A stretch of 64,000 bases of DNA from the human T2T-CHM13v2.0 reference genome, Homo sapiens, in NCBI RefSeq assembly GCF_009914755.1, contig NC_060926.1. The stretch is one strand, 5' to 3'. The position numbers and the translations under genes are program-made. Positions 13,215 through 29,150 of the stretch are shown here, piece after piece (position 1 is the stretch's first letter; each line of letters opens with the position of its first letter). The notes beneath the pieces are model-generated. The model searched no databases, was not told the DNA's origin, and saw only the letters and a program-made list of their open reading frames with translations.

Positions 13215-16200
13215 TTTCATCTTTTTGATAATAACCATTCTTATAGATGTGAGGTAGTATCTCTGTGGTTTTAATTTGCATTTCTCTGATCATTGGTGAT
13301 TTGAGCATTTTTTCACATACCATTGGCTATTTGTATGTCTTCTTTTGAGAAATGTCTATTCAGATACTTTGCCCATTTTTAACCTTGTTTTTTTTCTTAC
13401 AGTTGTGTTGAGTTCCTCGTATATTTTAAACATTAATCTCTTATCAGATTTATGGTTTGTAAATATTTTATCTCATTCCATAGGTTGTATATTCACTCTG
13501 CTGATTATTTTCTTGGCTATGCAGCTTTTTAGTTTGATGTAATCTCATTTGTCTATCTTTGCTTTCCCGGTCTGTGATTTGGGGTTAAATCCAAAAAAAA
13601 ATTATGCAGACAAATGGCAATGTTTTCTTATAGTGGTTTTAGGTATTTAATCCTTTTTTAAATATGGTGTGAGATAAGGGTCTGATTTCATTCTTCCACA
13701 TGTGGATATTCAGTTGTCCCAACACCATTTGTTGAAGAGACTGTCCTTTCCCCACTGTGTGCTCTCAGCATCTTTGTCGAAAATCATTTGACCTTAAATA
13801 CATGGATTTATTTCGGGTTGTCTATTCTGTTCACTGGCCTCTGTGTCTATTTTTATGCCAGTGCCATGCTGCCTTGTAATACAGCTTTGTGGTGTATTTT
13901 GAAGTTTGATATTGTGATACTTCCAGGTTTGTTCTTTTTGCTCAAGATTTATTTGGTTATTTGTTTTTTGTGGTTATACAAAGTTTAGGATTGCTTTTTT
14001 CTATTTTTGTAAAAAATGTCATTGGCATTTTGGCAGGGATTATATTGAATCTGTTGATAGCTTTTGTTAGTATGGATATTTTAAATATCAGTTCTTCCAA
14101 TCCATAAACACAGGATATTTTTCCTTTTATATGTGTCCTCTACAATTATTTCATCAATGTTTTATAGTTTTCAGTGTACAGGTCTTTCACCTCCTTTGGA
14201 TTAAATTTATTCCTAAGTATTTGAAATTTATTTTGGTAACTATTGCAAACAGGATTGTTTTCTTGATTTTATTTTTCAGATAGTTTGTTGTTAGGGTGTT
14301 AAAGTGCTACCCATTTTTATGTGCAAATAAGGATAATTTTCTTTCTTTCTTTCTTTCCAATTTGGATGCCTTTTATTTCTTTCTTTTGCCTAATGGCTAT
14401 GACTAGAACTTCCAGTACAATGTTGACTAAAAGTGGCAAGAGTAGGCATTCTTGTCTTATTCCTGATCTTGCAGGAAAACCTTTCAACTTTTCACCATTG
14501 AATAAGATATTAGCTGTGGGTTTATCACATGTGGTCTTTATTGTGTTGGGGTACATTCCTTCTATGTTTAATTTCTGAGAGTTTCTATCATGAAAGAATG
14601 TTGAATTTTGTCAAATGCTTTTTCTGTGTCTGTAGAGATGATCACATGGTTTTTGTTCTTTATTATATTAATGTAGTGTATCACATTTATAGATTCGTAA
14701 ATGTTGAATCATCCTTGCATCTTTGGGATATATCTCACTTGATCATGATGAATTATTCTTTTACTGTGTTGTTGCATTTAATTTGCTGGTATATTTTGAA
14801 GGTTTTTGCATTTATGTTCATCAGGGATATTGACCTATAATATTTTCTTGTAATGTTCTTGTCTGGCTTTGGTATCATTGTAATGCTTTCCTCATAAAAT
14901 GAGTTTGGATGTACTTCTCTTCTTCAATTTTTTGAAAGAGTTTCAGAGGAACTAGTATTATTAGTTCTTCATTAAATGGTTGATGATTTCAGCACTGAAG
15001 CCATCAGGTCGTGGGCTTTTCTTTCTTGGGAGAGGCTTTTGGTAATTGATTCAATCTCCTTACTTATTATTGGTCTGTTCAGATCTTCTATTTCTTCCTG
15101 ATTCAACCTTAGTAGGTTATATGTGTCTAGGAATTTATCCATTTTTTTCTAGGTTATTCAATATGTTGGATAATAATTGTTTATAGCGTTCTTTTATAAT
15201 CCTTTGCATTTCTGTAGTGTATTTTAATGTCTCCTCTTTCATTTCTGATTTTATTTGTTTGAATTTTCTTTCCTTTATTCTTGGTCTAGCTCAACATTTG
15301 TTGATTTTGTTATTATTTCAAAACACCAACCTTTAGTTGAGCTGTTCTATTGTTAGATAGAATAGAATAGAACGTTCTATTTCAACAATAAAATGTTGAG
15401 CAGTTCTATTGTTTTTCTACTTTGTATTTCACTTATTTCTGCTCTGATTATTATTTTCCTCCTTTTAGTAACTCTGTGCTTAGTTTCTTCTTATTTTGTG
15501 TGTCTTAAGGTACAATGTTATAGGTTGTTTGAGATCTTTCTCCCTTTTTGATGTAAGTGTTTATTGCCATGAACTTTCCTCTTAGAACTCTTACTGTTGC
15601 AATCTACAAAAGTATTTGTTTTTGGCAAGTTGTGTTTCCATTTTCATTTGTCTCAATACATTGTTAAATTTATCTTTTAACTTCCTCATTGTCCCACTGG
15701 TTGTTGAGGAGTATGTTGTTTAATTTCCACATATTTCTGCATTTTCCAAAATTCTTCCTGTTATTGATTTCTAGTCGCATACCATTGTGTTAAAAAAAAG
15801 ATACTCAATATGGTTTAAAGTATCATTTCAGTTAATGATCTGGACCTTAAATGATGGCAGCATAATCAATGTTAATCACAAACCAAAGGCTATTTAGTGT
15901 TATTATTTTAATATGCAATATACTTACCAGGCCCCCCAGCACTCAGTCTGCACAGTCTAGACCCTGCCTATCTCAGATCCATACCCCATCTCTTCCTCCA
16001 CCCCTTCTGTTTCAACCAAATTAACACTGTTTATTCTCTGTAGTTCCCCACCCTCACTGCCGTGCCCACACTATGTCTTACCAAATTCTGTCCCTCTTTT
16101 AGATCTCAGTTTTCCTTGAACACCCAGACTCAAGGTGTGGATGCCTATTTGTTTATCTTTTTAGTAGCCCAGACTTTTTTATAGTACATTTTACAGATGT

Positions 16201-16495
16201 AGTCAAATAATTGTGTAATTGGCTACTTAAGATTTCTCTCCTGCATTTAAAGAAAGCCCCGAGATTATATCTATCTTGTCCAACTTAGCATGCTGTCTTG
16301 CATGACAATCATTAACTTTTTATTGAGTTAATTAAGCATTGTGCAGAATGCCTAGATGCCTAAGCTTTCAATGTTACCAAACATGTGGAACAAAACTTAC
16401 TGCAATCTAGGTTCCCCTGAAAACATAGCCTAAGGTGGAGGCTTACTTGAAGGTTACCGTACCTTAAGGAGGAGAAGTAAAGAACAGGAAGTTAC

Positions 16496-17350
<855 letters not shown>

Positions 17351-17668
17351 TGAGATAATTTGTACACTCTGAAATGAGAAAGCAAACTTAGGGCTGACAC
17401 AAGAAGAACTAATTATTTTTTTCAAGTACATTTTATTGTTATCAAAATAGTCCATACATATCCTAGGGAAAAAAAACCCCACAAATAGTACAGGAAGATT
17501 ATAATTTAAAGCACCAGTTCACTCAAAGGCAACATTTTTAACAAAATTTTTTAAAATTATTTTTAGTGATCCCTCTAAATTTCTAAATAATATGCTTATA
17601 TTTTTTTCTTGTTTTACCCATGTTAAGTGTGACAAATTTACTTTTTGCTCTTATAAATATGGATTTAG

Positions 17669-17975
<307 letters not shown>

Positions 17976-18569
17976 GATTTAGCTAATTTTCTACACTTAT
18001 CCCCAACCTTCCTCTTCACTCTACCTCCCTTTTCAATACGATAATATCACATCTTAAGTTCCATCATCCCTGTAACCTCTGTAGCTATAAGTATATAGCC
18101 ACAATTAACATATGTAGATTTCCATTTCTGATTCTATCAGCCATAGGTAACTGTCTTTACATTCCACTTTGTAAGAGGAGATGAATAATTCTCACCTTTC
18201 CTCCCAACTCTGTGTTCCTCCTTCTACCTCCCCACCCCCAACTCCGTTGTAGCGGCTATTAACATATATTATTTTGTAACCATGGGTAAGTGTTAAGTAA
18301 TTTGCCTAAAGATTGATTCTAAAAAATTTAAAAATATAGAAATCTATAAAATTCTGTAAATTTTAGATTTTCTATAATTATAGAATGTAAAAATATAGAT
18401 TTTCTATAAACATAGAATGTAAAATTCTATAAAAATATAGAAATCTTTATGTAATTATAACTGTGTAAGTATTATTTACTGTAGAACCAAGTAATGTGCA
18501 ATGCTTCCTTCTCCATGGCTCCAGTGTCATGACATCTATAGTACTTTACAAATAATGTTATGAGTATAT

Positions 18570-19750
18570 ACTTCCAGAATGGTGGTAAAAGAAGCTCTGC
18601 AGACCCTCTCCCCAGTGAAACAACCATACTGGTAAAAGTAATTTTAAAAGGCAATCATGAAAAGTCTCTGGAAATTTTCTTAAGGGTATACAGCAAATGA
18701 AGAAACATTTATTCCAAAAAGTGTACTAAATCTTGGTAAGAACAATGAGTCCAAGGCACCTAAGTCACAACCCACTTCCCTTCCTCTCCTCCCAGCTCAG
18801 CATGACAGAAGCTTAACTCTGGACAAGAACACAGGGCTTCCTCAGCTTCCAGTTGAGGCCAACTGTATGTTCCCAAGAGGAGAAGACCAACAGCGTTTCT
18901 TGTCTCCCTTCACCCTTCCCCTCCAGAAGCTAAATTCTGGCTAGATGAATCCAAGATATTGGGGCTCCCTTCTCTCACCCAGCTCCTACTGGTAGGGTGG
19001 AGGTTCAACCTCAGGCCTGGAACACTGAGAATAGTATGGGTTCCCAATTATTAATGAGACTCTGATTATTGCCCATGCTCAGCTCCCTGCTCCTACAGCA
19101 GAGGAGTCACTTACAGAGAAACACAATGCTGTCCCCATCCCTAGCTCTGAAGCCGCGCGTCAGAGATTTTCCCCAGTGGGAGCACTGAAGCTCTTTGCAA
19201 AGGAACTGACTTTATTTGAAGCAGAGTAAAGGGAAGTTCAAGATAAAGGTATTCTCAAAAATAATGTAAGTTCTGGTGGAAAGCAATTAAGGGGAGGTTG
19301 GTAGCTTCGTGAAAGAGACAAGCTAAACCAGATTAGCTAGTGTATGAGAGAGAATCAGGAAAAGAGATAGCTAAGAAGAGCCCTCCTGGGTCAGAACAAA
19401 CCTCAAGCACTGACCACAGCAGGCAGGGCACTGTGGCTTACACCTGTAATCCCAGCCCTTTGGGAGGCTGAGGTGGGAGGATTACTTGAGCGCAGGAGTT
19501 TGAGATTAGCCTGGGCAACATAACAAGACTCTGTCTATATTTTAAAAACAAAAAACAAAAGGCTACCACAGCAAAAAGGCTGGAATTTAGTTGGAGCAGA
19601 CCCCCAGAGCAATTTATGTCCCAGGACATTGTAAAAAATAACAGAACAATCTAGAACAGAATAGCTGGGTATATGTGATAAGCCTTAGAGCAACCACTAA
19701 GAAAATAACTTGAAAAATACATAGTGAAGGAAAGAAAACAACAATGTTCC
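18570..19750 (+). mobile_element. Ancient L1M 5'-end fragments containing a FLAM_C (19422-19560)
   Basis: acttccagaatgg...cagcaaatgaagaaacatttattc resembles an L1M 5' end; free left Alu monomer with A tail. Confidence 0.55.
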
Positions 19751-19839
19751 TAACATCACAATCAAATGAATTCTCCTTTTCAACATTTCACCAGAGGCTC
19801 AAAATCATTCCACGTTTAAAATTTTTTTCTCTTTATAAT

Positions 19840-20470
19840 GTCTACTGAAAAAGTAGCAAAATCTACTGAGGAGAGCTTTATTTCTAAAAGGGAGTATCAC
19901 AACCTGCAAGTGGGAAATGGAGCCTCTGGTTAAAACTGAAAAGCAGGTGCTTCGAAGGAGGAAAAATGAGACAGGAATTCATACTAAATGGATTGGTTTA
20001 GCATACATATTCAACCGGCTATTGGAGGAGCTATGAATATTCATGAAGGGGCACACGTGTAGTAAGCTAACATGTCTATTACATATGTCCCATGTTCACT
20101 TTGGGGTGGAAAAAGCATTTAAATATACTAAAATTAAGCTCTATATGTCAAAAGGTTAAGCAGAGGACATGAAGGGACTCAGCATACAGTCTCTGTAAAC
20201 TGGCCAGAACCACTCCATGTTCAGTGTTCTCTTATTGGGAAGGAATGCTAGCCAGTTGCTGTGTCGAAACTACAAAAAGCAAGGGGCAGCGTAACATGGT
20301 TGGTTGAAATCAGCCATGGAGCAAGTCTTTCAAAAGAGCTTGTTTCTGTTTAACCCTTAGGAACGAAAGCCTACTGGTGGTTAACAAGGTAGGGGGTGTT
20401 ACAGGGTGTGGCTGACCTACTGTTCCATCATAGACAGGAGCTCAGTTTTTAAGGTTTCTCTGGGGTCTCC
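19840..20470 (-). mobile_element. ERV1 MER4-group solo LTR
   Basis: gagctttatt..., ctatgaatattcatgaa, catgttcactttggggtgga motifs typical of this group. Confidence 0.55.
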
Positions 20471-21391
20471 AAGTGAGCCTCCCTGGAGAATCCTCCAATT
20501 TCCCTAGTGAGAGCAAGAACCATATCTGTCTATACTGCCCAACTCAGTTGTTTTTGCAATAATAGACAATAACTCTTTAAAGAATGAATAAGTGGTGGTG
20601 AAATGAAACAGAGTAAGTTCCTGATGTAGAAGGCAGAAGGGAGACTGTTGCTTAGGCAGACCAAGTAGAAACTATACGATATTTTCTATAGTAATAACCT
20701 TAGAAATGGCAATTCGGTTCTATAGTTCAATTAATATCACTAAAAGAGCTGTCCAATGAACTTACAAGTTATGTGGTATATGTGGGTTAATCTGGGAGAC
20801 CAACCACCATTTATGAAATTCTTCTCTATGAAAATGCTTTATGAAGGGCAAATAGCAAGTTTACAAATGAATTTTTGGAAAACAAACTGTAAATTGAGGT
20901 TAACTTCTAAGGCTGTTAATTTGTGGGTATCTTTGTCTATATCTTCTTCTCACTGATATATCCTCAGGTAGCTAGAGTTCTCCTTTCAACTAGCCTTAAT
21001 TTTGAATTATATGCCAGTTATAAATCATCTTCAGAATATGAATTAAATACCCCTTTAATTTTAATTGATATGATTTTACAATATTAACTACATAGTAACA
21101 ATGGATTTGGATATTTATCATTTTTCTATTTGATTTATAATTTAGGGCCAAATGGGTGTCATAAGGGGCTCTCATTCCAGGAAACACTGTAGAGTAGTCT
21201 AGTATCCTAACAGTCTATCCATCTTGATTTTTGAAAATAGTCTGTTGTGGAGTAGTTTAGGATAACCTAACTACTTGTCTGTCAAATAGAGGAATGCTGT
21301 GACTGGAGAAAATGGAGCCGTTATACATTAGTCTTCGGTACAGTCACAAAAAGCTACTTATTTCACAAAAGACACTATTTTGCCTTTTCAG

Positions 21392-21497
21392 GTGTAACTG
21401 TGTGGAACCGCATAATCCCAGCAATGGCACATTGAAGGAATGGAGGGAATCCAATATTTCTGCCTCTGACATAATTTGGGAGAACCTAACTGTGTCA
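21392..21497 (+). CDS. SLC4A10: SLC4A10 internal exon, extracellular loop 3 (CNCVEPHNPSNGTLKEWRESNISASDIIWENLTVS)
   Basis: ttttcag acceptor and gtaagt donor; 106 nt (1 nt + 35 codons); CxC motif and sequons NGT/NIS/NLT typical of SLC4 NCBT EL3. Confidence 0.96.
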
Positions 21498-23776
21498 GTA
21501 AGTAAAACACTGAAAAATAAGTCATACCTAAGAGCTTTTGTTGACATTTTGACTCAATTATTGCCATTACAGTAAAATTTTTTTGAATGCATAATATAAA
21601 ACTAATAGTTGTGTTTTAATTTTAATTTCATCATTTCAGATGCTCATCAGTAAACTGGGGTTATCTTTCATTATTAAGGTTGTTCTAATAGAAGACCAGA
21701 ATTGCTCAAATAGCTCACTTATACAGAAATATGTGACCGAGATGGACTGAAAGCACATTAAATATGAGTGGTGTTGACCTAAATGAAACCATATGGCAGA
21801 ACTAAGTCTGCCTTCTGTGTAAAGAACTCAGAATGCTCTTACTTTACTCTGTAATGCTGCTCCAGCTGTTCCGGATCTGCTGGGGGGAAAGGGATGTTTC
21901 TAATATTCTAGTGTCAATACTAAAGTCTTTGGGAGGAACAAATATCACTTTTCTTCACAAAATTCTGGCACCTCCCTCAACAAGATCTTTCTTTTTTCCA
22001 TTTTATTCTTATCTCCCACTCAAGAAAGAGCATGGCAACATATTTTTCACCTATAACAGTTCAATCCTGTGCCATTGTCTTATTTCCTTTGACTTTTCTC
22101 TACTTTGTGATTTCTTTTTTCTCATACCTGCATTTCTCTATTTTTCTGAATCTATTCTGTGCCTCCTTTCCTATCAATACTTGCATTCTATGCTTCTGGT
22201 TCAATAAAATCTTGTAATTTGAAAATGTGTTCTACTTTAAATAAATATTAAAATCTGAGTAGCCCTACTTTCTTTTCTATTCTTCCCAGCTATAAACATT
22301 ACAGGTTCAAACCTTCTACCACTTTACCTACCCATATAGGCTCAAGTTTTATTATGACTATCAGCACAAAACTATTGAGTTCTAGTTCATTTGATCAAAT
22401 GCATACTATTTTAGTAAGTTGTCTAGTTAGTGAGCATAGAAATCTTTTTTGTTGTACAGATACTATAAAACTCTAAACATGATTCTTGTAAAGAGCATAT
22501 GATCTATTGACTATATTCTTGATTTTCTCTATTGAATATGTTCTTTCAAAATTGAAATCAAATTACTTACTCTTTATTTAAAATTCTATCTTGACCTATA
22601 TTTTACTACTTCTATTCTTACCCTAGCTGTGTTCTGTAGAATAAGCCTTCAGTTACTCTTATTGTTTTCTTTTGTTATTGTTAACATTTATTCTGTTCCA
22701 CCTATTTTTCCCTAGAAAAATAACATTGCCAGTCTGCTTCCACTCAAAGAGCCATTTAAACTGAACAATAAAAGAATTGATGAGCTGATCAAGAAAAAAC
22801 ACTATAGTTATTCAGAATTTAGACATGGGGTCATGATTAATGAAATCATTAGTGGGTCTTCTGTCTACACTTTCTTTGGTAAACTATATTATGTTTACAG
22901 AGCCTCTTGATGTCTTCTTCAATATGAAAACCCAAATGATCCCATCTCTAAGTTATATAACATGATAATTTACTCTATATGTGTTTTGTATTATGTGAAT
23001 AATTTAATACTAAATAATAATATTCCTTCTATGTATTAGCAAATCTTGAATTTTGAGAGTTCTAAGAAGCAGACATACAGCACAGTTATCAGGCTAGCTG
23101 TGAGTTAGATACCCTGAGTTTTGAGGTCAAGTAGAATAGTGAAAAATATTTTGCAATTAAAGCAAATACAGCATTGTGGGGTTGTTGGTTTTTTTCTCTT
23201 TTTTTTTGTCATTTTAAAAAGTTTTGTACTAGGTGTTAACATTTGAGCAGAAAGTTTCATATTATTTTTCATTAGTTAAAAGCAGTTTTTGCAATGGATA
23301 ATTGCTAAACTTGACCAGAAACAGTCTTTATCACCAGAGGGAATACTATATAATGAAAACAATCTTGTAATTTTTAAGTCAAAAAAAGACCATTAAAATT
23401 TTTGTCTAATTGTTATGCTGAATTTTTTCCTCAATATATTCATAATGTCATCAAAAATATTTTATTAATAAAGCACTGAACTAGTGGCTATCACAACTAA
23501 TTTTGTTAAAATAGTGACATAACATTTAATTTACATATTATTTATTTGGCAGGTCCTGTAATGTTTTATTGAGTTGTTTGTTACATATCTCATGAATTAT
23601 AATTTATACCTTGCCAACTCAGCAAGGGCAAAGAACTTTAGTTTTCTCTGATTCTCCCAAACTGCTCTATGCATAGTAAGTGTCAAACATTTGATAGAAG
23701 TACTTAATGTCTGTTTGAAACAGTTTCATCTTACTATTTAATGCAAATATTTATGGCAAACTGGAGTACTTAAGTT

Positions 23777-23782
<6 letters not shown>

Positions 23783-23833
<51 letters not shown>
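23783..23833. repeat. (TA)~25 microsatellite
   Basis: Direct reading. Confidence 0.97.
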
Positions 23834-23837
<4 letters not shown>

Positions 23838-25639
23838 CAGTATCTCAAAAATCAGCCTTTATAAGAAATCCTTAGGCAAGATTTAAAATATTCATAAGCA
23901 GTTAACCAGCATTTGGTGTTTCAGTGCCTGAATTACATATTTAGCTTGTACATATATAAGGGGCAGGACACTAATGCCAACTTTAATTTCTTATTCTAAC
24001 TTAATTTTTGCCAACTTATAGAATTGCTGAAACTTAGAATGTGTTTGAAGAGTAATTAGTAGAAATCAGTTTGTCAACAAGCATTTTTTGAGTACCCATT
24101 GTAACTGAAACCATATGTTAGACTCAAAAAACGAGAGCAGGATTTGGATTTGGTTTTCATTTCTAAATTTCAGGACTTACTCTGTGTGTATGTGTGCATG
24201 TATGTATGTGTGCATGTGTGAGTGCCTCTGTGTGTGTATTGGGGATACAATTAGTATAAATCTGAAAATAATTGTTGAATTTAGCAGGTCACAATTTTTC
24301 TCTTTTAAAATTAGCATTTTGTTTCCTCCCAAAGAGAAAATAAATAACATTTTCAAATATGCTTTGAATTAATGTAATTAGGCAGACCATTGGCAAATTA
24401 TAGAGTGTAAGACAGCTAAGGAACCCTTTAAATGTCATCTATGTTCTTAAGAATTGAGAACAAGATCCCGCCAAATGACTTTTATACCTGCAGAAATGAC
24501 AAAAGATGCTCACAAATTTATAGATAATGTGTTTATCATGGAACTTTTAGCTCCTTTTTCTATGTAGCAATTTTGCTACCCATTATATTGCTTAATAATT
24601 GCTCTGCTAGCATTTCTGGACAGGTGCAGAAGAGGATGAAAAACACAAGGATTCATTTTTGCCACCTTATCTATTTTTAAAGCATTTTGAAAGAAGGAAA
24701 ATTAAAACTTTAATTAAGGCCTGGGGGATTTTTCTGTGGTTTTTCAATTAGCCAAGTTGCTGTGCTCTGTATTAGCTTAACATGAATAATTGGAATTTAA
24801 CTTTGCCTATCAAGGAAGATGTTTGCAGTTAAATTAGAAAAGGAGACAGATTCTTTAAGACAATAATAAGGTGTATTAACTACATTTCTCAAGACTCTCA
24901 GGCTTAGGGTAGCTAGCAACTCCAAGTAGATTTTACTAGTTGTTTGTTTTCAGATGACAGTGTAGCTATTTGTAATTTATTCTACAATCTTTGGAGTGTA
25001 TTTACTTTTTGCTCTACAAAGATTTCAGGCCTAAAGTTGGGCAGACTCTGTGTTTGTGATCAATCTATCAGTTCATATTTGTCTCCAAGATCTCTCTGCA
25101 ATTCAATTTATGTTCAGGGCAAGAATATCTCAAGGACTAATGAGATCACTGGATCATTTAAACCATTATTTCCTGTTTTGAAATGTAAAAATACTTTAGT
25201 AATCTAATTTTTAAATAAGATAAACCAAAGTAAGTTTAAAATAACTTTTTTTCATTCAAAATATTTGTTTGAAATGCTCAGTTTTTCCTGGAGGAAAAAA
25301 ATTTTTTTGACTTTGCTGCCACCTCATGGCTAAGGCAGTAATTAGAAATAGTTCTTCAGGCTCTTACAGAACTACAGTTGCAGAAGAAAAAATAACCCAT
25401 GGAGAAGTCATAGTAAATATGAGCTTTGCCTTGCTCATGTAGTAATTTTATTTCATTTGTTCTTTAGTCCAAGTTCGATAGTCCCATCTTTGACTTACAA
25501 GTTCATTTCAGTCATTGTATGTCATAGTTTTCTTGTTGCCTTTCTCATCTTTCTTGGCAGCTTTTGGACTAGATAATTCTACAAAGTCATTGTTCTTTGT
25601 CAATAAGCAATAATAATCTCACTGCAGAAATCGTGTTTG

Positions 25640-25830
25640 TATCACAGCTCTGCGGCCACCCACCAGTGGTGAGGCCACAACAAATTATTTAACCCCTTTA
25701 TGCTTCAGTTTCCTCAGACATGGAATATAAATAATAGCATGAACATATTTTATGGTATTGGTGTGAAAAGTAATTTAAATGATGTATTTAAATAGCTGGG
25801 CATAGTGTCTGACCTTAGTAACCAATCACT
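25640..25830 (+). mobile_element. MIR
   Basis: ttatttaacccctttatgcttcagtttcctca core. Confidence 0.6.
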
Positions 25831-26163
25831 ATTACATATGTCATATTTTCAATATATCTCGTGTTAGGAACTTAGTAGATATTAGATTTAATACATACTA
25901 ATTAATTGGTAAATCAATCGTTTTATACATTTAAATTTAAAAAGCAGTTCATGTTCAAATTTTTCATAAATCTTTGCATATTTCTCACCACCCATCCAAG
26001 TTGAACTTGAAACTCGTAATGTAATGCCTGCTAAATCATTGTGAGAGCCATAAAGGAAAAGCCTCAGCATCTGAACTACAATTGATCAGAAGGTGTTAGT
26101 TTTCTGCAAGAAATGTGTCCGGTTTTTTCTTAGTAGCTCCATTTGTTTTACTTCCTCTGGCAG

Positions 26164-26325
26164 GAATGCAAATCATTGCATGGAGAGTATGTTGGACGGG
26201 CCTGTGGCCATGATCACCCATATGTTCCAGATGTTCTATTTTGGTCTGTGATCCTGTTCTTTTCCACAGTTACTCTGTCAGCCACCCTGAAGCAGTTCAA
26301 GACTAGCAGATATTTTCCAACCAAG
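26164..26325 (+). CDS. SLC4A10: SLC4A10 exon (ECKSLHGEYVGRACGHDHPYVPDVLFWSVILFFSTVTLSATLKQFKTSRYFPTK)
   Basis: ggcag acceptor, gtactt donor; 162 nt, phase 0-0, in frame with the previous exon. Confidence 0.97.
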
Positions 26326-27745
26326 GTACTTAGACTATTTCTTGATCTAAATGTAAAATAACATAGGACAAAAGAAAGAGTAATTGATGTAATAAAAGGA
26401 GCCACTGAAAGGCTTTTGTGTGAGTGAGCTGCCAGGTTAGTTGTGGAGTGAGATGAGGGGCTGAAGAGAAAGAATTTGTGATGCAGGTGCTGGGAGTGCA
26501 TATGCAGGCTTTTCTCCTAACTGCAAACCCCACGGATCAACTCCTACTTTCCTACTGACGTTTTTGGAAATTCACAGCACACACTGCATTACTGATTGTC
26601 ACTTTTTTGCCCAGTGAACAGTGGGAACTATTCCAGCCTGACAGATACCTCAGAGGAGCCTATGTTACATTCTCTAATTGGGGAAGCCCCGGCAAGACTC
26701 ATTGGAACAATATTCTCTTTTTCAATGTTTAAACCGTCAGTCCCTCCCCCTAACCCACCACGTTTACATCTGCATATTTGGAAAGGAAAGTAAACAGAGA
26801 AACAGCTTAGTTCAATATTTAACACTGCAAAGTAACACCTATAATGTCTGATTCCGCCAAAAAAAATTTAAAAAAAGGAAAAGAAACAAGGAAACAAGCT
26901 TCTGAGGGATGAGCTATAGATTATGATCAAAATTCCACTCTGGAAAAATATTTCAAGAACTGTTCCTTCCGAAGGGGGCTTCTTTTTTGTCACCACTTTC
27001 TTCTCTAAGGTGGAAGATTCATTTATTTCCCCAAAAATCTTAGTCTGATTAATACAAAAACATTTTTCTAAGCTGAAACAATAATCTTAAGCATTTTGTG
27101 TATGCTTGTGTGTATGTCATAAAGGCATCTTAAAATAAACTAGATCTGGATAATAATTATATGTGAATATTTGCTCAGAATTGGCTTTATAAATGAGAAA
27201 TGGCTTTAAAAATTGGCTCACATAGAATAAATTTTAAATTTGCCCACTCTGTTGTGTACATTCCCAACTGTCATGCTTATATTCTAGATAAACTAAAACA
27301 TTATGTTTCTTTGATAAGAACAGATAATTTTATTTTATGATGCTTCAAGTTTATCATATTAAAGTGTTACCTGTGTGAAAGAGATCCCTAAAATCCAGCC
27401 AAATTCTGCCCATGCTACCTTATTCTGCATTCTGAATATTCACATGCATGGGTTCATCATAAAGTTAGATTTTAAATAAACATTGAAAACAGCACAACCA
27501 CGATGTAGCTATTCCATAATGCCTCATTCTGGAAAGGTTGAGTGTGTACCAATCTTAACGACAGTGATACATAAATATATATTCAGGTTCTGACAGAGCT
27601 AATGGTAATCTTATAGTATGCATAAAATATAATATTATGATATTATGTCATAAAGTGTTTATAAAGTGTGACTCTAGATTATGTTCCTGAGTATTCCTTG
27701 ATATTTATAGCTACTTTAAGTGACAAGTGTTTTCATTATTTTTAG

Positions 27746-27859
27746 GTTCGATCCATAGTGAGTGACTTTGCTGTCTTTCTTACAATTCTGTGTATGGTTT
27801 TAATTGACTATGCCATTGGGATCCCATCTCCAAAACTACAAGTACCAAGTGTTTTCAAG
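27746..27859 (+). CDS. SLC4A10: SLC4A10 exon (VRSIVSDFAVFLTILCMVLIDYAIGIPSPKLQVPSVFK)
   Basis: ttttag acceptor, gtactt donor; 114 nt; SLC4 'SDFAV' motif; translated by hand (not in ORF track). Confidence 0.97.
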
Positions 27860-28258
27860 GTACTTACTATCTCTCTCCCTCTTCCCATCTCTCTCGGTCT
27901 AATCTTCATTTAGATGATACCTATAACTCTAGTACTTAGGATTTTCATGAAAATATGAAGAATTTAGATTAGAAGACCAGTAAATGAAATGCACACAGCA
28001 TGGCTAAAATTTAGGTCTAATATTTAAAAATATAAGAATTACAAAATATAAATAATTATAAATATAAAACTTGCTTGAAAAAAATTTCCTGTCAATTCTG
28101 CCAGTTGAAATACCTATATATAACATTCTTAAAAGATAAGGAAGCATTTGAAACTAAGAGAAAAGGATTATCTTGGCAGAATTGTACAGTGAATAAGGCT
28201 TGGAAAACAGATAAAAATAGATTGGGAATAGAATTCTGACCGTGTTACTAATGGGGTA

Positions 28259-28575
28259 CAGTTTGAATATTCCTTATCCAAAGTGCTTGGGATCGGAAGT
28301 GTTTCAGAGTTCATTTTTTTTTCAAATTTTGAAATATTTGCAAACACATAATGAGATATGTTTGGGGTGGGGCCCAAGTCTAAATACAAAATTTATGTTT
28401 CATATATACCTTATACATATAACCTGAAGGTAATTTTATACACTATTCTTAATAATATATGTGACCTATCACATGATGTGAGGTGTGAATTTTCCGCTTG
28501 TGGCATCATGTGAGCGCTCAAAAGTTTCAGATTTTGGATCATTTCAGATTTCAGCTTTTCAAATTAGGGGCACCC
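28259..28575. mobile_element. Tigger4/MER46-type DNA transposon remnant
   Basis: cagtttgaatattccttatccaaagtgcttggga...ttttggatcatttcagatttcagcttttcaaattaggg. Confidence 0.75.
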
Positions 28576-28959
28576 CTTTGTTTTCTCTGTCAAACAGGGC
28601 TGGGGACTTCTATATAGGGCTCTTGTCAGGATGAAATTTTGAGAATCATCTCAGACAGCAGCCATGTTTGGAATCCTTCCCTGAGCCTCTGCTGTGACCA
28701 AGTATCTTTTTTATCATTTTCACTCAATAGCCTCTGCACATCAAAAATAACAGTTACAATACCATAATGATGTATTTTGTTTAGATGTCTGTCTCTGATT
28801 CTAAACTGAAAGAAGCCTCTGATTTATCTTTGTATCTCAGTTCTAGCACAGTGGTCAATGTGTCAATATGCTATTTGTAAATTTCAATACATTTTCCAAT
28901 AGTAAATAGTAAATATTAATATCATTTTATTTAATACAGGTATTGATTAATAACACAGA

Positions 28960-29150
28960 TTTTTCAACAAGTCTGTCAGAGTTTAAATCCCATCTCTACC
29001 ACGTACTAGCTTTGGGATCTTGGGCAAGTTACTGGATCTCTCTGTGCCTCAATTTTCTTATCTGTGTCATCTTTAGAGTGTTGTGAAGAAAAAAAAAATG
29101 AGTTAAAATATTTAAAGCACTTAAAATGGTTTTAAGTGATTTATGAGTAT
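28960..29150 (+). mobile_element. MIR
   Basis: cttgggcaagttactggatctctctgtgcctcaattttcttatctgt core. Confidence 0.8.

Larger units (their letters stand above)
11470..15815 (-). mobile_element. Old L1 (L1MA/MB-type) 3' portion, ~4.3 kb including nested insertions
   Basis: Degenerate ORF2 peptide on - strand ([17 protein letters not shown]...RQECLL), L1M-type 3' UTR. Confidence 0.88.
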
